NCBI GenBank assembly: GCA_034780895.1
Contig: JAUZTB010000011.1
Coordinates: 35,988,624-36,052,623, forward strand
Source: Rhynchobatus australiae
Taxonomy: Eukaryota
Reading direction: 5' to 3'
Length of the DNA stretch: 64,000 nucleotides
The notes below the pieces were generated by a model. That model did no database searches. It was given only the letters and a program-made list of their open reading frames with translations, and had not been told where the DNA came from. Positions within the stretch are counted from its first letter, which is position 1. Each line of letters opens with the position of its first letter. The position numbers and the translations under genes were made by a program. This document shows positions 39,446-52,099 of this stretch, piece after piece.

Positions 39446-40983
39446 CTTAAACTTCACAAAAATAATATATAAAAACACACAGATTGGTACAAATATTTAT
39501 ATGTATCCTAAACATAAACACATTAACATTTCTGACAATGTCAATGCACACATCTATCAAAATAGCTCATGGTTAAACATTAACACATGCACATATTCAT
39601 AACAATATATATGCAATAGCTAGTACCTACTTTACAGGTACAAATTCTTCAAAGTCACTAACACCTGTACACAACAGCAAATATTGGTATCCACACAAAA
39701 TGAGCAAATATATCCATTAGAGCTCTACCACTCAAGTGCGCAAACACAATATACAGTAATCAAGAAATAACATTTCTTTCATGCAAATGCATGTATATTT
39801 ACCTTTCGCAAACAACACTTTCCAACTTGCACAAGATCCATACTCAGAGATGCACCCTCCTAAATGTGAATTCATAATCTTCAAAAATGAAAAATAAAAC
39901 ACAAATATCCAGTTCATGTATATAAAGTAACTGATGTTCTCTATACACCTACATGCATTCATAGAAATGCAACCATTTAGCATATATTTACTCTTTTATG
40001 TGCATGCAAAATGCAATTGATACATATCCATTCAGTATATACAGTAGACACTGACATAGGTAGAGATATCCCTTTGCAATTTCACACTATTAACTCCCAC
40101 ATGAAACCTCATTAGAAATGTAGTAATTCTCATGTATGATAGACTTAGAAAATCAACTGCATCTCAAAGTTCAGGCCAGACCAATGCACATGGAAGTGCA
40201 CTGATTCTCACACACATGGATCATTGATCTGCACGCAAGCTGTTTTAAATTGTATTTTGGAAGACCAATATTCAGGAATTAGCTTTCAATGTTTGTTAAA
40301 TCCAAAATCCTTATCCTGGAAGCAGATTTTGTAATTTGCTTTTTTTATCTGTATGCCATTGTTAAGGCAGCCACAAATATATGAAAATACGCTGTTATTT
40401 TGTAATGTGAATGCTGCTTACGTAATGACTTGCACATGCAAGCATATGATTACACAGAGAAATCCTCAATCATGTATGTACAGCTCTTTAGAAAAAATCC
40501 AGGTATATAGAATGTTGGTCTCCCAGAATCCTAATTAAAATAGTGTACTTATTAAATGATCCATTATTAAATATTTTCATGTACAATCACAAACACATTC
40601 TGCCGCATATCCTCTACAACAGCAAGGAACATGTATTGTCAGATATATGTGCCTAGACAAATGATTTTTTTTCATTTTGAAATACTTTCAACATTCCCAT
40701 TAGCCAGGAATGGACTTACATAAATGTTTTCATACACAGCACAATGCATATGTATGCAGTCAAATGTGTATAAGGGAGTGCAGAGAGGTACTCTTCCTAT
40801 AATCAGCAGATATATTCACAGAATATTTAACAACATAGAGATACTATATGTAAATTTCAGTATAAATACAATTTCTTTCACAAAATATTCATATGAAACT
40901 ATATTGTCACAACCATAAATTGCCCACGCTATTTTTCTCCATAGGCTAATAGTTCTTTCAATCCCTCTCAGATTTTTTCTAAC

Positions 40984-40986
<3 letters not shown>

Positions 40987-41046
<60 letters not shown>
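40987..41046 (+). repeat. (CA)n microsatellite, ~30 units
   Basis: Direct inspection. Confidence 0.97.
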
Positions 41047-41048
<2 letters not shown>

Positions 41049-44000
41049 TGCTATTAGACAATGACACACATGTAAAAAAATCATTTCAAATACAAGAATA
41101 ATTTCAGCAAAGCACAATGTAAGATATATTTCTCATAGTGACACTTAGGTAATGCACTCACATAGCAACACCCTTGCACTTAAACACTCTCCAGCATCCA
41201 ATGTATTCAATACATCACATTGAGTGTATTTTCCAAAAGCGGGGGTGATATGTTTATTGAAGGTAGGTAGAATCAGTTGGCTAATATATTATTGCATTCT
41301 GTTTTTACAAATGAATAATCTATTTATACACAGGTATTAATACACAGGTATTAAGAGTGAATATTAGAGATGTTGGTATGTAAACTTCCCAGACTGGAAT
41401 TTTTATCATTTATACTACTTGGATATATAGTTTTAATTTTTTTCTGATCTTCTTGCTAAAAACATACTTAATTTACATATTTCAATTATAAATATAAATC
41501 AATATAAGGAATGACAGCAGTCAAGGAGAATCATACATAGACAGGGAGCCCCATTGCTTATTTTTTGGTATGCACATAGTTTTTAAACTGTTGTATCTAA
41601 AGCTGTACATTCTTATTATGTGAACCATGGTATACATTACATTCAGGAATTTGTCCTAACCTGCCAGGTCCCAAGACACTTTTTAATGTAGAATCCCAAA
41701 TAAAATTTCAGAGGTACTGATTCACAATAATNNNNNNNNNNNNNNNNNNNNNNNNNNNNNNNNNNTGTGATATTACTGACATTTATGTGCATGTTTGTCA
41801 CATACTAACATATAGCTGTGTAATGACATAATATTAGTTATTAGCATTCCTGCATAGTAGCATCCCTTGTGCGTTAATGCTGTTGGCACATACTCTGTGA
41901 GAATAGCTATATTTCTGTGTTCCATTTACCTGCCATCAGTTAGCATTTGTGACTATGATAGGAGCATGTGCGCCCGTGAGAGGCAGATTTCTTGGTTATT
42001 TATGCAATAAATCCATGAGTAAGTAAAATATTTATACATGAATCCCAGTTTTGTATTTTCTCTTTTGGTATTTCCAGTCTTGGGATGCACAGTATGTGAA
42101 AATGTGGCTCTTCTATTCTGTTTGCCTCTCCAATATTGGTGGAAGTCTTAATGGAACATTGCTATAATTGTATCAGAGCCTGTTCATTTGATCTCTTAAG
42201 AATCTGTTTTGTTTTACCAGTGTGATTTATTTTGTGCATATGCATAAGAAGGAAGCTACACATACATACATTTGTCTAGAATTTCTTCAATATGATCTCT
42301 ACACTTATTATTCCATTATCTACGCTGTCTTGCTAATGTCAATTTATGCAGAAATTTTCTGAGAATTATCAGGAGAAGATACTGGTGTGAATCAAATGGA
42401 TGTTAGCAAAAACAGCAGAACCTAAGGAAAGTGTGAACAATCCACCTTATTTAGGTCCCTCATTATCTTATAAATGTTACAAAAATTAAAAATTGAAGCC
42501 ATCAAACTCTATTTATATTAGCAAAAATAAATAAGAATGTCCAATTGTGGAATGCTTTCTCTTCTCAGATTGAGATGTCATAAATGAAACATTCAGATGT
42601 ATAGAAAATACTTCCCAGGTCTCATTAAATAAAATTTACAGAACTACTAAAACAAAAATATGGCAATAAAGACATCAAAAATCATAATTTGATGTTCTTA
42701 ACATTTGGGTTTTAAGTTACACTTGATCAGAACTGGACTTATGCACCAAAATTTGCATTCTCAATTGTTACACATGCCACTGAGGAGCTATGATAGTAAG
42801 TCATGTTGCACAAATAATTGAGGAAGTATAGGTGAAGAGATGTTTCAGCATGATACCAGAGTAAGTCACTGTGCAGACATTTACTGAGAAAAATGCACAA
42901 CTGGTCTCACGCTGTTATTTTGCCTTTTTCCATAAAATCCAAGCAGATGTGCTTGTTTAAGTATGTAAGTGTTGATACATATGTGAGATGTGATGTGTGT
43001 AGTAATGTATATCTGTAAAAAAGAAACCATCGTGAATCATAGAAATGTTAAATCATGCGCTAGGATTTTAGCAGTGAATTTAACACATTTAATAATCACC
43101 TTAGGCTAATTATATATATAAAAAACATTGCTCATTGTAATATGTAACTCTACATACGTGCATGTGCGCATGATATTCACAATAATGTATTTTTAACTTG
43201 TATATTCCTTAGTATGTGTAGTGTTTTCATTAATTCATTTTACAGCATCTACATAGCTGCATCATCATACATAAATATTTTCTTTCATTGTAAATGCAGA
43301 TAGATTCAAATAGTTTTGTACTTCATACTGTGATTTGGGTATCTGAGCTATGACTCAATACAATTTGTCTGTTCATAGTTTGTCTTTAAAAATGCCCTTG
43401 TGCATTGTGCAATTCAAAATTTGGTTAAGAATACATTTCTATGTTTTAGGTGATACTCTCTCTTCTCTGTTGGATTTGAATGTGGTTTCTTTTTGTTTCT
43501 ATGAGTACCGTTTCCAAGTCTGAAAAGCTATAGATTAACTTTAAACTCACCCGAGTATGAATGCTGAGTGGCAAGGGTTAAAATTGTCAGCATCTGTTTA
43601 TTAGCCCTTCCTGCCTGATCTTATTTTGGCTGACTCCAAGCTGGGCAAAGGCTCCGCTTCAGATCGTTGGGGCCCGAAATTAAATGTAAAAACACAAAAG
43701 GTTTTCTTTTAATTTCAAATCTTGGTTGGAATCATGGGGATAGAAGAAAAACATGTTTCTGCTAAGTTAAAGGATTTTACTTATATGTGGAATGGTTGTG
43801 TTTCAGGTGGAGAAGGAGTGTGGAGCACTGAGTGTCCCGACCTCCAGCCTTGTTTCTCCTTCCTCCAACCACCATTAATTCAGCAACTGGCTTCTGCCTC
43901 ATTCCCAATGGCTTCTATTCCCTTTGGGTGTAAAAGTGATTTCAAAAATATAAGTGTGATCAAGCAGCTTCCTTCACAAAGTACAGAATGGAGCCTGTTT

Positions 44001-45399
44001 CAGGACCAGCCATGTACTGATGCCACCTTGAGTAAGAAACCATCCCTGTTGTTTGACAAGCAATTTATTTTTCTGTGGAGTTGGTTCAGTCCTGGTGTGG
44101 GCTGCAAGGTGTTTACGACACTGGTCTCAGTGGAAATCACTGAAAATATATTGACACTATTCTTATATGAGGGGTGGTTGTTTCATTAAAGAGCAAGCTC
44201 TATCTTTGAGCAGGAAATTCAATAGATGCCTTTGAATGACAACTTCAGCATTGCTTCATAAATATACAGCTATGCAGTTAAGCAAAGGTGTCACCCAGGT
44301 CTGATGTTTAACTTGGAGAATGGGATTCAGGTCCCCCAACTATCCTTGTCCTGACAGCAAACCACCTGAAAGGTTTGAACTCCTGAGAGTCCATCGTGAT
44401 AGGAAATGACAACTGGTCAGCCCGCAGAGGTGTGATGTCAGCTGGCAGGGATCCTAGGAAGAGTCTTCAACACTGAGGTAAAATGCATGGAAGAGGTCTG
44501 GAAACACCTTAGCATAAAGTGGGGAAGGAGGGCTTAAAGCAGTGAAGGTCAAAACCCTTCCTTTAGGGGCTGAAGGCAGTTTATAAACTTAAAACTTAAT
44601 TCAAATGCTTTTAGAGTGCAAGATGCTCCTATTCCCTCAGGCCAATGGCAAAAAAAACCCAAAGATCTCCTTTTTGTTCCATGCTTTGAATCCAGGGGCA
44701 TTGTATGAATCAGTAGAGGAGGAACTAACTTGCTATTCATATGACTAGTTAAGATGGGTTATATGTCCGATTTAAAATATCCAACTATATCAGATTTTGC
44801 CTATAAAGTTAACCTTCCAAGTGCAATCACAAATATAATATCAAGGTAAGTTTTATTTTGAAAAAAGGTTCGTAGTTTCAAAATGGATATTTGGAATTGT
44901 CAACTTTTAGAGAATAGGGCCCATGTAAGACCCTCTCATCCTGGTGCTGGTAGGACAAAAGGAGCCACCTTCATGCAGTAAATAAAGGGGAAGAAAGGAA
45001 GGCCTGGCAGATGGTCTGGATGGACGAGGAGCCAATTCTTCATTCTTCTAACTTCATGCAACAATTGGTTCAAGCTCTGGCATTTTACTTCAGCAGTGAA
45101 AGTGGATCCTTTAAAGAAGCTCGAAGAGGAGACAGGGGCAGAATGGCAAGTAAGCTGTCTGCAAAACATGGATGGGTTAATTGTTCTTACTCAGGCTAGC
45201 AAAAGGTGGGAAGTGATGTGCCAGGTCTACTATTGTCCAATATTTACACAAACAGTTTATTCTTAGGAATTGAAAGGCCAAGCTCAGAATTTTCAGCTGA
45301 CATTAGTGTGTGGCTGCAAATGTTGGAGGAAGGTGTCAATAGAAACAAATTCATGAAGGCATTACTAAACTTGTAGGATGGGTATGTCATTGATAATTG

Positions 45400-46285
45400 A
45401 AAATCAGTATAGTTAAATCTGAGGTGGTACACTTTGACAAGCTGAGTAAAGAGGGTACAGGCTCCCAGGAGAAAAAAATGTCCAAATGTGGTAGAGGATT
45501 TGAAGGTACAGATAAACAAATCAACAAAACTAATCATACAGGGTAATAAGGAAACAAAAATATAATGAAGTCTGGGGTTCATGTCAAAAGGGTAGAATTA
45601 AAAAGCAGAGAAATTATCTTAAACACATAGAATTTCTATCAGTCTGCACTTTGGAATACAGTGAGCAGTTTCAGTCTCCATGTTATGGAAATGATATAGA
45701 GGCAGTAGTAAAATTACAGCAAATATTTACTAGAACTGAGAGTCTAGGATCATCAGTAAACACTGAACAGATTAGGGCTCTTTTCTGAAGAAGAGAGAAG
45801 ACTGAGGTGTGGCCTGATAGAGGACTTCAGGATTATGAAAGGATTTGATATGATGGAGACACAAGAGATCGCAGATGCTGGAATCCAGAGCAAAAAAAAA
45901 GGTGCGGGTTAATTGGTATCTATGGAGGCAAAGGGATGGTAATCTTTTTGGATGGAGACTCTGCATCACCCTCCACAGATGCTGCTCAACCTGCTAGTTC
46001 TTTCATTTGTTTATTTTTCGATTGCACGATAGCAGACAAAGTAAATGTAAGATGATCCCAATAATTACAGTAGTGGATTCAGAAAAAACTGCTTTACTTA
46101 GAATGTGGTTAAAACATGGAACATACTATCAAAAGGGATATTGAATTGACCAGTAAAGACCAATAATGGTATTAGAAAAGCATATAGGGAAGAAAGTAAT
46201 AGTAAAATATGTAGATGGGTGTTAGATAAAGAATGAGGAGATGATCCATAACCCCTTTGGGTTAATAGCCTGTTTCTATTCGAAA
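45400..46285 (+). mobile_element. Decayed CR1 LINE 3' portion, interrupted by a palindromic Penelope-type mini-element (~45865-46020)
   Basis: CR1-like CACTTTGGAATACAGTGAGCAGTTTCAGTCTCC, AGAAGACTGAGGTGTGGCCTGATAGAGG, AGAATGTGGTTAAAACATGGAAC. The insert reads GCAGATGCTGGAATCCAGAGC...CACAGATGCTGCTCAACCTGCT. Confidence 0.65.
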
Positions 46286-46789
46286 ACTAGCTTCAATACT
46301 ATGTTCTGAAGAAAATGGGAACCAGTGATAGGAGAAGGCCACAAGGTTTCTTGAGTCTGCTCCAGCATTCAATATCCAGCATGGCTTAACTTACACATCC
46401 ACTTCATTTTTTCATCCTACTTCCATATTCTCCCATTACCTTGGTGCACAAAAGTCTACTTATTCCAGCCATGAATATAGTCATTAGCTGAGCATTTACA
46501 TCCCTCTGGCATGGAGAACTCCGAACATTCACAAACTTAAATGAAAATAAATTTTTTCCCACTTGAGTCCTAAATGGCTGACCCGATATCCTCAGAAAAT
46601 GACCCTCAAGTGAGGTACTTAAAATCCAGGAGCAGAATTTTAGAATGGAGTTATTGCTTAACCTGTGGCCAATGCAGAACAGTAAGCAAAGAGCTTTTAT
46701 ATGATGAAAGATTAAATAGAATTTCTGAATGCTTTCTACAGTTTAATTTTGATAAAATTCTTAGAGGACTTGACAGGATAGATACTGAA

Positions 46790-47200
46790 ACCTGAATGGT
46801 CGTTGACCTGAAATGTTAACACTGTCTTTTCTCCATAGGTGCTGCCTGACCTACTGAGTATTTCCAGCATTTTCTAAGGTCCAATTTTTCTCCTCTCAGG
46901 TCTATAATTCCTTCCAATCTCACAATCCTCTGAGACAGCTACATTTCACTGTCTCTGGCATTTTGAGCAACTCTGATTCTAATCGTTTCCCCATTGATGG
47001 TTTGCCTTTCACTGCCAAGGCCCTACATCTTGGAATTCCCTCACTAAAGCTCTCTGTCTCTCTTTCCTTTCAAAATGCTCCACAAAACCTTTTTCATCTG
47101 TCCATGCCTTGGTGTCAAATTTTATTTGATTAACACTCCTGTGAAGTAGTTTGGAATGTTTTAATATAAAAAAATGCATGTTATTATTGTTATATTTCAC
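46790..47200 (+). mobile_element. Penelope terminal remnant (46792-46876) followed by an L2-type LINE 3' end
   Basis: GACCTGAAATGTTAAC...GCTGCCTGACCTACTGAGTATTTCCAGCATTTTCT, then GGCCCTACATCTTGGAATTCCCTC...CTCCTGTGAAG...GTTATTATTGTT. Confidence 0.6.
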
Positions 47201-47574
47201 CTGCCATCTTTTTGCCTATTCGTTTAAATAGTCAATATCCTTTTGTGGCATCTTCGTCTAAGCTTACTCTTACTTTATTACCATTAGCAAACCAATCTGT
47301 GATCCTAGCTAAAAGCACCGTGAGATTTTAGCACTGAATCCTTTTGGCGTGCAGCGTGTGGACTTTGTGGAGGAATATGAAGGGAGGTAATTTTATTTTC
47401 ATTTTAATACTTTGCTTAATTTAATTTCACAGTTAAGTTCTCTTAACATTTTAGTTTTAAATCATGATATAAAATGGTAAACAAGTCTCCAATTTAACTG
47501 GGAGAACTAGAACTGTTTAGTTGAAGTCAAGTGATACACAGGTATATCTGTGGTTCCAGGGAGCCTAATATCTG

Positions 47575-48580
47575 TGTTAGGAAATTGCTGGAATCTATTC
47601 TGAAGAAGTAGTAACAGGGCACTTGGAGAAAATACATGATATGATTTGGTAGAGGCAGCATGGATTCATGAAAGGAATATCATGGTTGACAAATCTGTTG
47701 GAATTTTTTTGAGCTGTATCTAATAGAATAAATGAGGGTGAACCAGTTGATGTGATGTATTTGGAATTTGCAAAGGCTTTCTTTTTGGGTGCCACACCAG
47801 AGGTTGTTATTATTCTGAATGTCCTTGCACATGATTTATTAAAAGTTAACATGCAAGTTCAGCAAGTAATTATGAAGGCAACATTTCCCTTTATTGCACG
47901 AGGTTTTGGGTACATGATTAAAAATTACAGCTTCATTCTTGCAGGAGCCTGGTGAGACTACATCCAGAATATTGTGCACAGGTCAGGTTTCCCAACCTAA
48001 GGAAGGATATACTTGTGATAGGGAAGGAAAGTGGAAGTGATTCCTGGGAAGCAGGGTTTGTTGTATGAAGAGATATTCAACAGAATGGACCTATATATTA
48101 GATGAATGAGAGTTGATCTCAACCATTCAAAATTTTTAAGGGACTTGACAAGACGGATGTTGAGTTGGTGTTTACCCTGTCTGAGGTGATTAGAATCAGG
48201 AATCAAAGCCCTAAAATAAGGAGTCAGCCATTCAGGAAGAACTGAAATTAATTTTCTTTATCTAGAGTGGAGTGAACCTTTGGAATTCTCTCAAGAGGAC
48301 TGTGGCAGTTCAGCTGCTGAGTGCATTCAAGAAAGAAAGCAATAGAATTTTTGATAAGGGAATTTGAGGATATGGGATTACATAGGAAAATGCTGCTGAG
48401 GTAAAAGATTAGCCATGATTATATTGAATGGTGAAGCTGGGAGAAGGGNNNNNNNNNNNNNNNNNNNNNNNNNNNNNNNNNNNNNNNNNNNNNNNNNNNN
48501 NNNNNNNNNNNNNNNNNNNNNNNNNNNNNNNNNNNNNNNNNNNNNNNNCAAATGACCTACACCTGCTTCTATTCCTTGAA
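47575..48580 (+). mobile_element. Internally deleted CR1 LINE (RT fragment plus 3' end)
   Basis: QHGFMKGISWLTNLLEFF and DVMYLEFAKAF RT motifs at 47656-47780, with a CR1 3' tail (AGCCATGATTATATTGAATGG...ATGACCTACACCTGCTTCTATT). Confidence 0.8.
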
Positions 48581-48599
48581 CTCATGTTCAATAAATTAA

Positions 48600-48940
48600 A
48601 CGTGGTCTTCCTTAGTTTGTAAATGGTTAAGGTCCTATCCTGATGAATACTCCCTGGTTATACTTTGTCATTCCAAAAATAACCTGTCCAATTGCTATTC
48701 ACTTTTTCTGTCCATTAATCAATCCTCGATCTATACTGCACCAATATATTAGCCAAATACCAAGAGTCCTAATCTTGTGCACCTTATTATAAACCCTCTA
48801 ATATCCAAGCATGTTATGTCCACTTGTTCTCACTTATATACCTTGGAGTTATATCGTCAAAAACTCTAACAAATCTATCAATCATTATTTCCCTTCAATA
48901 AAACCATGTTGACTCCCCAACCATATTGATATTTCCAACA
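48600..48940 (-). mobile_element. CR1 RT fragment
   Basis: The minus strand of 48855-48920 gives degenerate SQHGF.EGK..LIDLLEF. Confidence 0.55.
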
Positions 48941-48965
48941 GTTCATACAGTCAGGNNNNNNNNNN

Positions 48966-49280
48966 GAGGGGCTGTTCCTCTAGTTTGCATTATGCCTCAC
49001 TCTGGTAGTGGAGGAGACTGAAGACAGACATGTCAGTGTGGGAATGGGGGGGGGGGGAGAATTAAAAAGACTGGCAACTGGGAACTCCAGATGGTCATTG
49101 TGGATGGAGTACAGGTGCTCGGTGAAGTGGTTGTCAAATCTGCACCTGGTTCTCCCACTGGTTCCCCTGCCCCACTGATCCCATCTGCCCTCTCCACCTC
49201 CCTTACTTGATTCCATGCTCCACTTTCCTCTCCTATCAGATTCCTTCATCTTCAGCCCTTTGTCTCCTCCCAGTTTTTGT
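48966..49280 (-). mobile_element. Penelope GIY-YIG endonuclease fragment
   Basis: Translation RTRCRFDNHFTEHLYSIHNDHLEFPVASLFNS resembles ETKRRLGDRFAEHL.S....PVA.HFNS. Confidence 0.75.
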
Positions 49281-49914
49281 GACCAGGATTTAGAAGTGGT
49301 CCTGATGTATACTCCTTCAGATCGCATGAAGAATCTCAATTGAATTCTCACAGGATAGTGAAAAACTAATGAATGAAAAATAGATTGCATTTTTAGTAAA
49401 ATAGGAAAGGAAGATTTGAAATAGTCCCAAGCAAGCATCAAAGGGGAAGGTATTAGTAAAAAAGCAGGAACCAAAATGGTACATAAAAGCAGAAGGCACT
49501 GGAAATACTCAGCAGGTCAGATTGCAACTGCAGAGAGAAAAGAAGAGCCAACATTCCAGGTTCATGATCATTCATTGGGAGTAACCAAAATGATACAGTT
49601 TCATCAACTCTGAGAGAATAGAAAATCTTGGATGTATTTCCTCTGGGTTATTGAAGAACGGAGAAACTGGAACTTGAAGTGGACTATCAATTTGAGGAAT
49701 GAAGATTTGGAAGTGTGAAATATACAAAGATGTATATGGCACCATAGGNNNNNNNNNNNNNNNNNNNNNNNNNNNNNNNNNNNNNNNNNNNNNNNNNNNN
49801 NNNNNNNNNNNNNNNNNNNNNNNNNNNNNNNNNNNNNNNNNNNNNNNNGATTTGGATGTGTGAAATATACAAAGATGTATATTGCACCATAGGATTTAGA
49901 ATTATGGAATCAGC

Positions 49915-50600
49915 GAATAGTAACAACATGGAAGGTGTTTTTTTAGCCCTTTAAGTGCACGTTGGCTCTCTACAAGAATAATGAAGCTATGCTCACACAC
50001 TCGCTTTTCTTGTAGTCCCTTCAGATTCTCATCCTATTCCCTTTCGAAAGCCAAAATTAAATTTGCCTCCACCACCCTGTTGGGCAATACATCCAGCAAT
50101 GGTTCTTCTGGCAATTGCTTTAAATCTGTGTCCTGTTGTTATTCCTTTCACCAATGGGGACGGTTTCTTTCTATCTACTCTGTCCTGATCCTTGTCATTT
50201 TGAACACCTCAATCACACCTCTTCTGAATCCTCACCGCTTCTCCAGTCAGTCCCCATAACATTTCCCTCTTTCATGGAATCATTCCATAAATATTCTCTT
50301 CTCCCTCTGCATGGCCTTCATATCCTTCTTAAGGTGCTACAACTTTTATTTGATTTAATATTCCAATTGTGACTGAGCCAGTATTATATAAAGATTTCTC
50401 ATAACTTCCTCATTTTTTTACACTCCACTTATGAATCTCAGGCACCAGTTAGCTTTTCAAGTTGCTTTCTCAGCTTTCCTTGCTATGTTCGATGCACAGG
50501 TACACCCAAGTCTCACTGTTTTTGGATTCTCCTTAGATTTGCATCCTTTATATTCTACTGTCTTTCTTCTGCCTTCCTACAAATATGTGTCACTTTTCAC
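49915..50600 (-). mobile_element. Decayed CR1 3' region
   Basis: Pyrimidine-rich TTTGCCTCCACCACCCTGTTGGGCA...TTTTGAACACCTCAATCACACCTCTTC...TCCTTCTTAAGGTG is typical of antisense CR1. Confidence 0.55.
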
Positions 50601-51759
50601 TTCAGACTTATGAATAATAAAAGAATACACTTCTGTGCATTGAGCCCAGTGGTGGAGCACTTAAGAGAAGTTCCAGCTTTACTCCACAGAGGGTTGGCAT
50701 GTGAATGGTGACGCTTTCATTTGAATGATTCCACCAACTCCATGGAGACAGTTAAGTCCTTGGCTTATTGTGCTTAATTATAAGGTTTTAAATTATTTAC
50801 TAATATTTTAAAGTTTTGATTAATTTTGTTTGAATTATACAGTTTTAAACACAAATAATTAGATCTATTAACTTCAATAATTGGATCTCTGGCTTTCAGG
50901 GACATTTCAAAATAACTAATAAGCCGTTTGCAACCAATGAGTTGTCAAAAGTTGTCAGGCATTCTGGGTATAGAGGCTCAGGATGTGCCACTTGAGGCCT
51001 ACTACCCATTGGAGCCGACTCTGCCTTTCTGAGTACCTGTCTGATGTGGAGCTTGTTCAGTTATCTATATTTGGAAAAAAGTCAAATATGTGAGGATCCC
51101 ACCCAATGAATTACAAAGGAACATCAAACTCAGCCGTTTGCAAAAGGCCATTGAACTGTGTCAATGGAGTTGGGAATCTTAAACTGCAGAAGCCAGTTGA
51201 CCAGAATATTCATAAAGACTTGCAGTGGAGCTTAACTATGTCTTATTTCAAAGCAATAGAGCCTGATCTTCCCATTTCGTTTCTCTCCAATGTGTTCCCG
51301 ATCCATTGAACTATTTCTTCAAGAAAGTTAGGCAATTGTTTTTGAAATGGTGGGAGATATCCAGCCTTCATGAAATTACTGAGAATTGAGTTTATTTAAT
51401 ATTGTATGCTTAAAATGCTATTCCCACTTTCATGAATGTCCCCTTTTGCTACACCTCCACGTGTCCTGGATTTTATCCTTTAAAACATCAAAAGCTCAAC
51501 TTTTTTCTTTACCCAAAGCCAGGAGAGTGTTCAATTTGCGAGATAGGGATTTCATTGTGATGTGGAAACAGCAGTGGATCACATATAATGATGATTCTTA
51601 GACACTGCTCGAGTACACCTTAACTGTCAAATAGTGCAGTGTGAGAGTTTTGAAGAAACTGTCTGAACACCAACCGATAAAAAAGCCAATTTAGCAACTC
51701 AGTCCTCAGAGTGATGGTAAGCACAGAAGACCCTAATGATGTCCGAGAATCACAGGATC

Positions 51760-52099
51760 AAAGAGAGATATAGCACAGAAACAGAGCCTTTGGCTCACCA
51801 AGTTGCACCAACTATCAAGTATCCATCTTTACACTAATCTGACCTGAAACCATTTTATTTACTCACGTTGCCATCAACTCCCTCCAAGTAATACTACTCT
51901 GCCACACTAAGGGTAATTTACAGAAGCCAATTACCCGATTACCCACATTTTTTTTGGAAGTGGGAGGAAACTGGAGCACCCAGAGAAAACCCAGGGAGAA
52001 TATGCAAATTCCATGCAGATATCACCTGAGGTCAAGATTGAACCTGGGTCCCTGGAGCTGTGAGACAGCAGTTGTACCAGCGGTACCACTGTGCTGCCT
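51760..52099 (-). mobile_element. HE1/V-SINE-type tRNA SINE
   Basis: GTGGGAGGAAACTGGAGCACCCAGAGAAAACCCA (antisense V-domain), GATTGAACCTGGGTCCCTGGAGCTGTGAG (antisense B box) and CCACTGTGCTGCC (5' end). Confidence 0.85.

Noticed and set aside
37808-44189. Longest gap-free non-POU ORFs here (154 aa at 37808, 155 aa at 43722)
   Set aside because: TTG starts, no domains, composition of random non-coding DNA.
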